From positions 124,001 through 161,295 of the forward strand of contig JALDZX010000048.1 in the NCBI GenBank assembly GCA_022813865.1: a DNA stretch of 37,295 nt. Reading direction: 5' to 3'. Below are positions 20,056 to 32,228 of this stretch, one piece after another (within the stretch, counting starts at the first letter, position 1; every line of letters starts with the position of its first letter). The position numbers were made by a program, and so were the translations under genes. Origin of the DNA: Xylographa opegraphella. Lineage: Eukaryota. Under the pieces are notes generated by a model, which searched no databases, was not told the origin of the DNA, and saw only the letters and a program-made list of their open reading frames with translations.

Positions 20056-21942
20056 TCATAGTGTGTAGATGAAATCTGGCCTATTGAATTGATCAGCATC
20101 AACAGTTTCGACCATCAATTGTTTGGCTTACCTCATATCGCCCATCAGGTCAATCTCTTCTGCACTCTTGCCCACGATCCAGCCATCCCTTTCGCCTGCA
20201 AGCCTCCTCTTGTTTTCTCGCGCCAACAGAATCCGTTGCACGATACTGCCTCCCAGCAAGAACACAACCATGTACCCCAAAACAGTCGCGTGACCGGGTT
20301 TATAACTGTGAAATTATGGTCAGTCGAGATCCACCAGAGAGAGGGACAGTTGAGAGTCTTGCCCTGGTTTGTCCTGAGCCCGGTAGATATTGCTGCTCAC
20401 CACACCGTTGATGTTGCCCCAACCGATGATGATGCCCAGAGCAACACCACGTTTGTAAACGCCCTCGATGTTGTTACTGGACCAAGAGATAGTATTGGGA
20501 ACACACGGGTATATGCCCAATGCACCCAAGAAGGTCCCGGCGTACTGAACACCAGGGGAGTTCCCAGCAAGAAGCATGATAAACCCGACGATTCCGACCA
20601 GAGATGTGACAATGTTACACAGTCCTCGTTGACTTGTTCGATCCGCGATATAACCCACAATTATGGTAAGGATTGCAGCTGCGGCGTACGGCGGCACCGT
20701 CAGGAGTTGCTTTTCAACGAGGGCAGAATTAGCATTGCTTTCTCAAAATCCAGTGGAATCACATGTCGTTCATCAGCTCCATTCAACATGACTTACAGCT
20801 TTGGTCGCAGTGTAGCCCAGATCTGCAATGATGGTCGGAAGGAAGAGCGAGAAGGCATAAAGGGCGCCGTCGGCGCCCATGTAGACGATGGCACCGGTCC
20901 ACTGAAAATGATCAGTAATTGCCGGAGAATAAGACCGGAGCACCAACTGTTTTCCAATCTTTCACAGCAGCCCAGAAATACTCCATCTTGAACTCTTCAT
21001 GCTCGGCTGAAGATTGGTTATCAAGTTTCAAGCGGCGAATCACACGAGCTCGGTCGTCCGGGGACAGAAACTTGGCATCGTCGGGAAAGTCGTGAACCAT
21101 CCAGAAGGAAACGATGCCAAGGAGAAAAGTGGCCAGACCTTCGAGGATGAAGATCCACGCCCACCCTCCCTTTCCACCAACCCCCGCCATCAAATTGATG
21201 GCAGCAGCCAGGAGACCACCGAAAGAGCCGGCGACGGCGGCGGCGGAGAAGAAGATGGCCGCTCGAATACCGAACTCGCTTCTCTTGTACCAGCAGGAAA
21301 GATAGTAATTGACACCCGGAAACAGACCAGCTTCCGCCAAACCCAAGAAGAATCTGGCAGCCATCAAGCCGCCAGCGTTCGTGCACAAGCCCATTGTGGT
21401 CATGACTATGCCCCAAAGGATCATGATGGCGGGGATGAAGATGCTCGGTCGGAGACGCTTCAGCAGGATGTTGGTCAAGGGCTCCGAGAGGGAGTATGAG
21501 ACGAAGAAGATGGACAATGCCGCATTGTAGAGACTTTGATTTGTCCCAATACCAAGGTCTTTTGTCAATCCATCCAGCTTCGCATTGCCGATATTGGTGC
21601 CTGCGGACGTCAGTCACCTGCACATCCAACACCAGCGAGGGCGATACGAACGGTCGAGGAATGAACAGAGATATAGCAGGCAGAGCCAGGGGATGAGCTT
21701 CAGATCCAGCTTCCACTTCAGTCGCTTGTCCTATGCCACAGTTCAGCAATGCGCGCATTTCGATGACGGCGCAGTGCAGTTGAACTCACAATGTGCGCCT
21801 TCTCTGCTTCACTCCGACCAGCATCCGGGTCCGGCGGGAGGCTGCCAAAGCCAGTAGTGGGGCCGACATCAGCACCCTTCTCATAGTCTACCGGTGATCG
21901 ATCACTGTCCGCATCAACGTATTCTACGGCTCCTTCCTTCAT
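20056..21942 (-). CDS. MFS transporter, allantoate permease / nicotinic acid (Tna1-like) ACS family, 7 exons
   Basis: KLDLKLIPW..LLY..SFLDRTNIGNAK, RFFLGLAEAGLFPG..YYLS.WY, GWAWIFILEG, LTVPPY, and C-terminus GDMRPDFIYTL. Introns are 21789-21731, 21651-21601, 20947-20902, 20796-20710, 20362-20306 (GC-AG) and 20131-20081. Confidence 0.93.
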
Positions 21943-23810
21943 CTTGCGGTGGTCGACGTGGGTTAGGAGTGGTGGGAGGATCGGAGAGCGGGAGGTTGAG
22001 GGAAGAGATGCGTGCTGCAGACGTCGCGGTAGTGGTATTATAGTCGATCCGTCCACCCGCCCGCTTTACTTCTGCTTACTAGTTCATGTCGTCAATCGCG
22101 AAGGATGGTGCCCTATTAGTTCCCACATAAGTCGCGGCTTCAAGTGGGAAGAGTGGGATTGGCCATGTACTCCAGGCCATGCAGTGCGGTGCGGCTACCC
22201 CGCGCCCGTAGTTCGATGGCGGGCTATTGGGGGTCGGAGTCAATGGGGTAGCAGACCGGACTAGAGGGGACTGGCCAGCAAGTGATTGGGTGGGAGGTGG
22301 CAGGTTGATTGGCCGTTGCAGAGCACAGTCCGTGAGGAGAGTCCGGGGAGAAAGGTGAAATTGGAACTGCCTGAAATGAGCACTAAAGAATAGTAAGGAT
22401 AGGGTAACTCGAGCCTATCGCCAGCCTAGATCCTCTCGTTTCTTCTGGTATCAAGCTGCTCGGTTAATTCGCCGGCACATGCAAAGTCCCGAAAACAACC
22501 GCTAAACAAGTGTCTGTACTTTAAATGTAATATACGACTACGACTAAAGTAGACAATTCTACGACCATGCCACAGCCACTCGAGATCTATTCTACCACCA
22601 CCCAGATCCCGCCTTGCGCTTCCATTTCAGCATCAAGGATTGGTGTTCTGGTGTCACGGCGTGCAGCCACCTGTGGGTTCGGGATGGCCCAAGACGACTA
22701 TGTCGCCTTTATGTGACAGACAACCCGACGATGTGGCCTTAATGTCCAACAGCCATAACGGTTCGTGCAGTCAGTCCTCTTACCGCAGCGTCGTCAGGGC
22801 GTTGTAGAGAAAGTCAAGTCTGGAATGTTAGCCAAACACCTGGGACGAGCGCCTTCAGACCCAATCTGGTGATGTCGCCTTCGACATAGTGGATACATGT
22901 TTGAGCCTTTGTACTGTCATTCTCATGTTGAAGGTTGCTTCGATCCCTGGAGCGGCTTATGTTTGACTCTCTGCAAATCCTCTGACTGCTGTTATCTATC
23001 GGAGTGTGGTCAAGTTCGTTCGACGCCGAGCCTTCTGTCACAACTTTCTTATTACTCTACATTATTTTGCGACTATATCCATCTTCTATCGTGTGGAGGA
23101 TAGTAGTCTATCATTCATTCACACGCTTGAGGGTTGACTAACGGGATCAAACTCGTTAGTCTGCACAGGTATAAATATCCTGCTTGTCTTCCTTCCCTCT
23201 AAGTTCTCTTGCACCAAATATCTATTCGATGAGGTCGAGGAGGGACTCCCACCCTTCACGTTCCTGCATCAGTTCGTTCCGTCTCTTGCTTTTCCGTCTC
23301 ATCCGATTAGTGTCTCTTGCCGTCGATTGTGCATTATCTCTCCATTTCCCTTCTCGTTCCTGCATCACGATCTTCTCACCAGATTTCCCTTCCAGGTTTC
23401 ATCCCATCTAGAGCTCGGCTTCAGATTCGGCCCTATCTGGAAGTTTACGGGATCTGTGAAAAACGGTAAGCCAGGCGCACGCACCTCTCACATAATTATT
23501 GGTTGTTACTTTGGCGTTTTTGGCTTAGTCGTTCAATCTTGGCCTTTGGTCGTTTCATTTCATTCTCACTGATACATTACCTTCACTTTGATATGTTCTC
23601 TCTCGTCTTCTGCAAGTTGTTGCTTTGGTATGTGATGCTTCAAACATCACAGTATTGGTACAGTGGTATCAAACATTCCCTCGTCTCTACTCAACAGGAT
23701 CGATGTCCATATTGGATATCTGTACGGGAAGGATTTGTGGCATTGTGGCCGAGATTCCAATCTCCTCTTTTTCCGTTTACCGCACGTTTACTGAAAAAAA
23801 TGTTATCAAG

Positions 23811-25756
23811 ATGGCGTACCAGAATCATCTCTTCGGCTGCTCGCCTTTCTACCACAGCTGCGCGCCTACCAACATGACACAGAACCAGCATCCGTACCTG
23901 CCAAATCAGGCTGCCACAATGAGCGACCAAGCCCATACGCCAAAATATACAAACACTCTCAATACGCTTCATCGCCGCATCGCGGTACTCGAAACAGAAT
24001 TGGCTCAAGCTGTGTCAGATAAGATAGCTGCGGAACATGCTATGCAATACGTCCTAAAGCTCGTGGCCACAGATCGACGCTGCATAATGGCTAGTTCGGG
24101 CTCTGTAGAGGAGATGAGGCTCGAGTGCGAAGTCCGTTCCGTCAATGCAGAAAATGCGTATCTTCGATCTCAATTGCGAAAGGTTGTCTTGCCTCAAAAG
24201 ATGACATCGCACTCGGAAGATGCTGAATACAATGCTAATCCGGAGACTGGAGCATCATCTATTTGTCCAAATGCAGTCTCAGGTGTGTCTTCTGTACCGC
24301 AGGGAACGAATACTGCACTTGTAGATCTCATGGATCTCGAGGAGATACCTGGCCTTGACCGTTCAACGGGATCTTCAACATCTGACGATGACATCGAGCA
24401 ACTCAACCATTACGTAAGGACTATACCACCCATCGATTTGGTGACCAAAGAGTGCTCTGTGCCAGAGGTGTACAAAGAACCGGAGCAGAATGAAACACAT
24501 TTCGTCCGTCGATTTGTCCAAAACTCGTTCGGTGACGCCGCTACATTGACTGTTGGTGACCAGTCGTCTGTCTTTGAACAGGTACTATTATAAGCTTGTA
24601 CCACTGCAAAGGTATAGAATCTGACCTATATTAGGATTACACCTCAAATGACCTACTTGTCCTCGGAACATCCGAAAGTTGCAATGGACTTCGTAGACCG
24701 ATTGTGGACTCACTCGATAAAAACATTGCGGAACGCAGGTACTCCAAGGATATCTATCCCGAGCATGCTTCAGATAACTATAAAGTTGGTGGAGCAAAGA
24801 CGACCGTAAATGCCGAAGTGCCTGCTGGGGTGGACTTCACAACAACCCTAGAATCATTGTCACATGGAACACACAGCCTGGAGCAGGAGCTCTCTATTGC
24901 CAACGAGACGGCTCTCAGCATCATCGACCCTCAGCTGCCGCCCCAATCCCATGACATGTTCGCTGATGCTACTTGTGGCCCAAGCAAACTGTTCACTTGC
25001 GTCACTGATCGAGAGTCAGCAATAAAAAATCATCGAGCTTTGACTGGTTTTCAAGAATGCCGATTTCCAGACCTTTTTCGATGTGGTATCCGTTATGAGC
25101 CACCTGCAAGCCAGACCAATACCTTCAGGATGGTTTCAATTATGAACCTTCCGATAGACATATCGTTAAAAGAACTTATGGCCAAGATTCGTGGTGGGAC
25201 CGTGGTATCCTGTAATCTTCTAGACACGAGAAGTATTACTGGGACCTTCAGTGCGTTGGTGCGTTTCCTGCACGAGCACGAGGCTCTGGCATATGATGAT
25301 TTTGCTGCGGCACACCCCATCAGCTTCCGTGGGTTGAGAGCCCAGATAACCATCGTAAAGACGCCGAGCTGGCCGCTGTCATTGCCACACACCAAAGCCA
25401 TCTTCAATCATCACCATACACGGAGTCTCGAAGTCGTGAACTTCCCACGCAACGTCCCGCCCGCACAGCTCACCCGTGATCTTCGCACCCATCCAATCGA
25501 ACACATGCAGATGCGCAAGGACGGTATCCTGGAATTGAAGTTTTCGTCCATAGACCATGCAGGGAGAGCGTTCGGGTTGTTGACTACCTTCCGCAAATAC
25601 CGCGAGTGCGGTGTCAGCTTTTCGGAGGATCCGTGTGCCTTACCGCTGAGTACGTTGCTGGAGCCCGTGGGTGAGGGTCACAGCAAGACTACCGATGAGC
25701 TGGTTTATCAAGACAACGGAGGCGGGAAGAAGAACGTGCTCGCGTGCGCTGTCTAG
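23811..25756 (+). CDS. Hypothetical protein with an N-terminal coiled coil and C-terminal tandem RRM-like domains, 2 exons
   Basis: Coiled coil LHRRIAVLETELAQA. Intron 24582-24634 joins in frame to RMVSIMNLP..ISL.EL..KIRGG.V...SALVRF and TRSLEV.N...LELKFSSI..A, an RRM-like pattern common in Pezizomycotina. The start codon is uncertain. Confidence 0.75.
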
Positions 25757-26111
25757 ACTGGTAGTCCACTCTACCTTTTAGAATCTCGCAGATGTTATCA
25801 TCCTTACTTTCGAGAATCTACAAAACACCCGCTTAGATTTACGAGGATATAGTTTTAAGACATATCGTTTCAGAAGTGCATTTCATTGGCAATGTGCATT
25901 GGAGTTGTGTCATATACCGACGCAATATATGTACAAAAATAACCACCTGGCTGAAATGCCGATCAATGAGTCAAGAGCAAGTTATCACAAAGACTGACTG
26001 TTCTAGTCGAGTCCTCAGCTCAAAAGCCCTTCATGAGATACGAAACGGCCATGTAGATCAAGGCCGCATTTGTACTACCTGTGTCACACCTTTTCACTGC
26101 ACTCAATGCAC

Positions 26112-26981
26112 TCAATAACTCTGCCTCTTCTTCGTAAACGCCCGCTGGTCTTTCAGCCATTGCCTGTAGCCCTGCACGCTGCTGATCTTTTCCCCATAAT
26201 AATCAGGCATCGGGTTCGCCATCGACTGGCTCGACGGATCGGCTCTGTAGCGTTTGATGCGTTGGTAGAACTCTCGCTCTTTCTATCGATAGGTGTGTAT
26301 TAGTACCTGTCTGCTCAAGCCGTGATCATGCACCAAACTGAACATAGATTCGTGATTATAGAGATGTCGAGATATACTAACCACTGCAATATCTGGGCCC
26401 AAGCGCCGATACCACATGCTAAAAGCCGCATTGCCTGCAAAGGGTCCCAGGAGCCAGCCTAAAGCCCCGCAGCCCACAGCCCCGACGCCCATCGCCATGA
26501 TCGGGTCCAAGCCGAAGAGGAGCGTGCCTAGCTTATCCATGTCTTGCTGGCTGAGAAATGATATCCCGCCCGCGGTGGTGGCTATCGAGGTGGTGATCGA
26601 GGCCGCGAGGTTGAAGCGCCGCCGCACGGCGCGCAGATGCAGAAAACGGTTCCACGTCAAGGCGGGCGAGGTGCTCTGGGCGGTCGTGGAAGCTCCCTGC
26701 GACGGTATACTGCTGGAAGCTTGCGGGGTCGCAGTCGTGGTAGGAGTGGCGATGGTAGATTCCGAACGTGCCGCTCCGGGTTGCCTAGCTAGGGCATCGT
26801 AGAGTGTGGGTTGGCGTCTCGAGGGGTATGGGCTCAATTGTTGGGTCAAGATGCAAGCGGAGCGGCTTGGAGCAGCCCATGATATCTTGGGTGTCGGGTT
26901 GCATTGCGTGAACAATGTACGCGTCAACCTGGGGGCGATGGCAACCTCGCGTAGGGCGAGTGATATTGGCGAAACAATCAT
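26112..26981 (-). CDS. PAM17: Mitochondrial presequence translocase-associated motor subunit Pam17, 2 exons
   Basis: Arg/Ser/Thr-rich presequence, LTWNRFL.LR..RRR, FGLDP...GWLLGP, intron 26381-26283, then KEREFYQRIKRYRADPSSQS.ANP.PDYYGEKI.SV.GYRQWLKDQRAF. Confidence 0.95.
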
Positions 26982-28461
26982 CGTGAGATGGGTGAGAAGG
27001 TGAGGGAGTAATATTGGATCACAAGCTTTCTGATAAAGAACGTTTCAGGCTTCCTCCGTTGAGGTCATTAGGGCTGAATGCGAGATGACTAAGCAGAAAT
27101 TGAAGCAATAACTTATTCGCTTTCGGGGAGTGGCTACACACACAAATGTATAGAAAATCTCTCACAAACAAGATCCTGATGGATCAATGATCCAATACTG
27201 AGCACCTTGTACTGCAGTTATGATTGCTACCTGCTACAAGGACATCGGCTACCCTCATCAGACGGTCGCCAGCTGTCCATCCGTCTCCCGTCAGTTGCCC
27301 CTCCCAACCAGACAGATCTCCCTGCACAAATGGTCCTCGGATGCAGTTATGGTTCTGAACCGCTGTGGGGAACTGCTTCTTCCGTGATTAACGTTTACAT
27401 CATCGGGGATTTCAGTATTGTGGTGGTATAATGTCCCCTGATATCGGCGACTTCAAGCATGGCCAAGTCGGCGACTTTCTCATCCTTTCTAAAGCTTAAG
27501 AGAGAAACAGAAGACTTCCCAGCGCGCAAGACTTACTAAACTCAGTATCATGTGCCGATGAAAACGTCAACCCTGCGGTGAGTTCGTTATTGGGTTGTGC
27601 TGGTGTCTCGAGAAGATAAATTCTGGAACGGCCTGGCTGATACACCAGAGCACTCTGTTGACGCTTCGGGATTTGGGTGTAAGGAGATTCTGCTTGGATG
27701 AACGGCAGCCAGGCGGTCAAAGATCGAGTCTCGCGACCATGATCCGCAGAACCTGCTCTAGGTTATGCTCTTGCGAATTCTCTACCTCACTCTATCTAGT
27801 TTTAATGGTACAGATGTCTACATCACCACAAACAGTTTCGTCATGACGATGATCTTTATCTCTTCCTCCCTGTGTCCTGAGATCTTCCTGTCTGAAGTGC
27901 ATTATTGGCGAGTTTCTGTTAGCGAGCTTGACAATCTCTACAAAGGTGCACGACTACGGGCATGCTCGCAGCCGCAAAACTCTGGTGCCTACAATCGAAC
28001 ATATGCATATATCTTGTATATACCCTCAGCTTGCGATCGCGAACTGCTGTTTCGGTGCGGCAAAGATTAAAGGGCCGCTTTAACAGGAGGAACCTGTATC
28101 TCGCGGATGCGAGCCTGGAGGCGGGTCGCTTATAGGTATAGACCACGTCTCACGCATACACCTTATCGTTAAGTTTTTCCTCCGTTGCTTACACCTCGTC
28201 TACGTTTCATAGCTCAAGTCCAACGCTCGTACTGTATGAACTTCTTATACGGGCCAATGGTCTTAACGAACTATCAATACTTCCCCCGAGAGCGCAAACG
28301 AAAACATCCCGATCCCGTCACTCACCTGTGAACAGTACAATGCATACATATCTGGGTTGATCTGCTCTCATTTCATCATTTGTTCAAAGTTCCGTTCGTT
28401 CGCTGCCTATTGTCGTACTCGTTTTTGCTATTTTCTGTATACCAATGATTTTCTAGAACAA

Positions 28462-29737
28462 ATGATGTATTCCTTCGCTTTCGTGACTCTGTATGCAGTC
28501 AGCTTTGTAAATGCCATGATTATTCCCCGTCAAAATGGTGCTCCTGATCCGGGAGATGCTACCAATCCCGCCGATCCTGGCGTTCAAGCCGTTCCAGCCT
28601 CGGCCAAGCCAGATAACACATTTAGCAATGGTGCCGCTGAAATCATCGGCGGCTTCCCATACGATTCGGGGACGATTCCAGACCTTTATCAACCTCGATT
28701 AATAGACATCCCTTTCGGCCGCCAGTTCCACGGGAACCTGATGATGTTTCCAGAGGGTCAGCTCAATCAACCTGGGTTCAACACGGACCAGTATACGCCA
28801 AATCTATACGACTTCGCAAATCAGAGTGCATGCGGCATTCCTGACAACTCATACGTACAGATGAAAGTGGCCATTCATCCATACTTCCTCAAATATGCTG
28901 GTCTAGATCGTGAGCTACCCTGCCATTTCTCTGCCGTTTGTCTTCGTCCTACGATGCTTTGTTGTTCCCTGGTTCTCTTACTGACAATAGCTTGTTCTGT
29001 ACTCAAGGATACTGTATGCAAGACGTTTGCGTCTCATTCTGGCCAGAGGGGGAATATACCAATGACATGATCGCCAAAGTGACGGATATCTGCAGCATAG
29101 ATCCCAATGACCCAACCCACTGCGCAAGTCCAACGGATATAAAAGTCGATAGGGCGAAGGTACAGGTCATGTATAATATCCCTGTACCCGGATCGGCGAA
29201 CGCAGCTCTGCAAGCCGACAAATACATCAACGGGACTTATTGGCATTTGACGAAATGTTGGGGCAATGTATGTGAACATGGAGTCGTATTCTTTGACCGT
29301 GCTTAATCAAACTCGTCGTCGATATCATTACCCCGACTACAAACACCACCACTAATCATCCAAATCATCGCCACTAGGCCCTTCCCCAACCCGCCTACCG
29401 GGACAACTGGTGGGCTCAGCCTCCCCTCCCCAACAACTTCCAATGGGACGTCGATGCCACAAGCCAGCAAATGCTCAACAACCAGCAGTCCTACCCCAGC
29501 CGTGGCTGGACCACCTATCCTGACGGGACCTCCGCCAACGCCCAGAGCGAAGCCGACATAGTCCCTATTACCGATTGGGTGCCTGGCCAGGAGCCATCGT
29601 GGGCGCCGATCGCAGGTGGGATGGGGTTCGGAACGCCGCAACTCTCGAAGGGTCCACCCGTCGGCTCGGGGGTGGCGGGTGTGGGTGTACAAGCGGTTAG
29701 TAGTAGTACCGCTACGCAAAAGCCGGCGTGTCAGTGA
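28462..29737 (+). CDS. Secreted protein with a putative double-psi beta-barrel (RlpA/expansin-like) domain, 3 exons
   Basis: Signal peptide and the pattern SACG...VAIHP...C...KVTDIC...C...DI. Introns 28910-29007 and 29268-29377 join three ORFs in frame. The C-terminus is Pro/Trp-rich. Confidence 0.7.
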
Positions 29738-30099
29738 GAGGAATGTAGCTTCATAGAGAGATAGTCGGAGTTTTTACAATTCTATATAGGCTCTTCCTAT
29801 GGACTCTATCTCAGCCCTTGGTCCTCTCGATTCTATGAATTGACACAACCAGACCTGGTAGCCCAGACAAGAAATTCTCCTCTTAGCCCCTTCAAAATGC
29901 TGCTCTTTCCTCGTGCATGGTGATCCCATGAGTACCATTTTCTACCCAGCACGTGTTCACTCTTCGATCGACGAAATCGAGGAATAAAAGGTATCCTTCC
30001 ATTACCCAAAGCCTAGACTTCATGGTTGAGGTCTCCGTCCCAAGAAAACCAGGTAGTTACACAGCAAAAGTATTTCCAGGAAAAATAATGGCGGAAGAA

Positions 30100-30153
30100 C
30101 GACATTTTAGAGCGTCATAGCGACACTTTAAAGCGTCATAGCGATACTTTAGA
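30100..30153. repeat. 21-bp tandem repeat, about 2.6 copies
   Basis: cgacattttagagcgtcatag / cgacactttaaagcgtcatag / cgatactttaga. Confidence 0.85.
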
Positions 30154-30691
30154 AAACCACACCGCCCCAGCAAGCGTCTGGATTCAAGTACCGATGCTAG
30201 AATTATAAATAAAGTATAAGTCTCATGGCTCCCAGAGCGTATTTGCTACTTGAATACTCTGCTTGCCTCAATCTCTTACGATATAAGGCTCAAGGCACCT
30301 GCGTGCTCTCATGTATATAAGTTGGGCCTCGTCGCACCGATTTTCCGAATATTTTGAAGACTCGTTCTCACAGTATGTTGGATTAGGGGAATATGCATTA
30401 AAGCATAGAAGGATTTACAGTATAGCCGCGCTGCGGCATTTCTGACCTCCGCGACTGCCCTAGATACGACAGACTAACCACTAGTAGTAACTTACGTAGA
30501 ATAAGGGACAGCTGCAGAGGACCTCAACCTTCCGTCTTTGAGCAAACCTTCCGTTCATTATTCGGTCTCTTGACTGTGCTTTAGATGTTTTCAATCTCTT
30601 AGATGCATGCGTTCGCAGTATTCAACCACGATTAAATACCAAGCGTCTGCTTGAACCGCGTTGTCGCGAACCGTTTACACTCTCGCTCACG

Positions 30692-31623
30692 ATGCTCTAC
30701 CCACTCTCCATGGCTTCCACCCTACTCTTCCTTCTCCATACAGCTCTCATCACGGCTGAATCAGCTCCAAGCCAGTTACCCAACACCCTCCCGGCCTGTG
30801 CCAAAACGTGTGCCGTCCTTACACAAGCCTCACAGAGTTGCGCATCGAACCAAGCGACATACCAGGTTCGCTATCAACCTCATGTTCAGACCATCCTTCG
30901 CAGCACTGATGAATTGGATAGTCATGCTTCTGCCAATCAGCTCTACTCACTTCGCTCATAACCTCACCAGCCAACAACGTCTGCACGCCTCAATGCGGTG
31001 ATGCTGACTTTGCCACGATCGCCTCCTGGTACAATGGCCAATGCGGAAACAGTGTTGCCGGAGCTCCCGCGACCACGCCCAGTACTTTGCTGACAAGCAC
31101 AACTTCCAATGCGGGATCTGCGCCTACGGGCGCGACTGCGACTACAGATGCACCGAGCTCGGCCACGTCAGCACCACAACTCCCGCCAAATGAGGCTCCG
31201 GTAAATGGACCGGCTTGGTATGCTCTCTGGACGGCTCCTAAGGAGCCGTCTCAAATGCCCTCTTCACCGTTATACTCGTCTGACTCGTTTTTTTCTACTA
31301 GGTTCTCAACTCATTACCAATGGGTGATCATGCTGATCGTCCTTGCTATCGGTCTCATCCTCCTTGCCGTTCTACTGACTTGGCTGCGCAAGCGGCACGC
31401 CCGTCGTCGCGAAGCCGCAGAAAACGCCGGGCCTCACCCCGCCATGGAGGAGTGGGCTCCCAATCAACGCAACGTCCATGATGTTGGCAATTTCGGCGCT
31501 GCGCAAACGGCAAGCACACCATCAGACACAGTTGCCGGAACGAACAAGGAGTCTGAGGCGGTGGCACGAGGGACAGGGAGCCGACGGTTGAAGAAAAATT
31601 TGTTCAGGAGCTCTAAGAGCTGA
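30692..31623 (+). CDS. Cys-rich (CFEM-like) single-pass membrane protein, 3 exons
   Basis: Signal peptide and an 8-Cys ectodomain (LPACAKTC...SC...SCFC...VC..QC...WY..QC) after intron 30866-30921. An S/T stalk and intron 31218-31301 are followed by TM WVIMLIVLAIGLILLAVLLTWL and a basic stop-transfer sequence. An alternative start lies at 30710. Confidence 0.8.
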
Positions 31624-32228
31624 AGGGGGATCACAGCTAGCTTTCCTCTGTTCATTGGTTTGTATACAGCGCTTTGAGAGGGTGGGGTTGTCCTCGAACC
31701 TGAAAGCTATAATGATGGGAAAGGCAATGATGGGATTCATGGGGTCATAGACCAGGTCTTTGGACAATTGCTCCAAGTGTAATAATATCTAGTTATGCGG
31801 AATAAAGCATGTTTCAATCAAATGACCGCTATTATCGATACTTGGACACCCACGAAGATTGTGGTTTCCAAGCTGACTTTCCCCCTTTAAGTCTATGCAG
31901 CTATACAGGTATACGGCGAGATCATACCGCGAGTGACCTAGTACCGCAAGATCTCAACTGGTAATTGGGGAAGCATCAGTCGTTATCGTGTTACGACTCT
32001 AGCCAACGAATCTTACAGGGGATTGTGGTTTACCCCTAAGCCTTGGGATTTAGCTTCACGTGGGACAAAGACACCCCATTCGTGGAACCCAGGTTGTTTT
32101 TAGAGACACCAATGCTTCAACGACTCTTCTGTCGTAAGGCTAAAATGATAGATTTCGCTTCCTGCCATGCCCTGAACTCATATAGCGGACAGCAATATAC
32201 ACATCTAACTCATGTATGTGCAATAATT

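Noticed and set aside
20089..20991. 300-aa plus-strand ORF
   Set aside because: Antisense to the well-supported MFS gene, with a non-ATG start and no domain features.
22814..22900. IHYVEGDITRLGLKALVP on the minus strand, resembling the start of a macrodomain
   Set aside because: No following NAAN or GGG motifs in any frame I could trace. Probably chance, at most a tiny relic.
27000..28400. Short ORFs between PAM17 and the DPBB-like gene
   Set aside because: No codon bias, motifs or coherent exon chain. Treated as divergent promoter or intergenic DNA.
30100..30153. CRISPR-like repeat
   Set aside because: Eukaryotic context, and the repeats are directly adjacent with no spacers.
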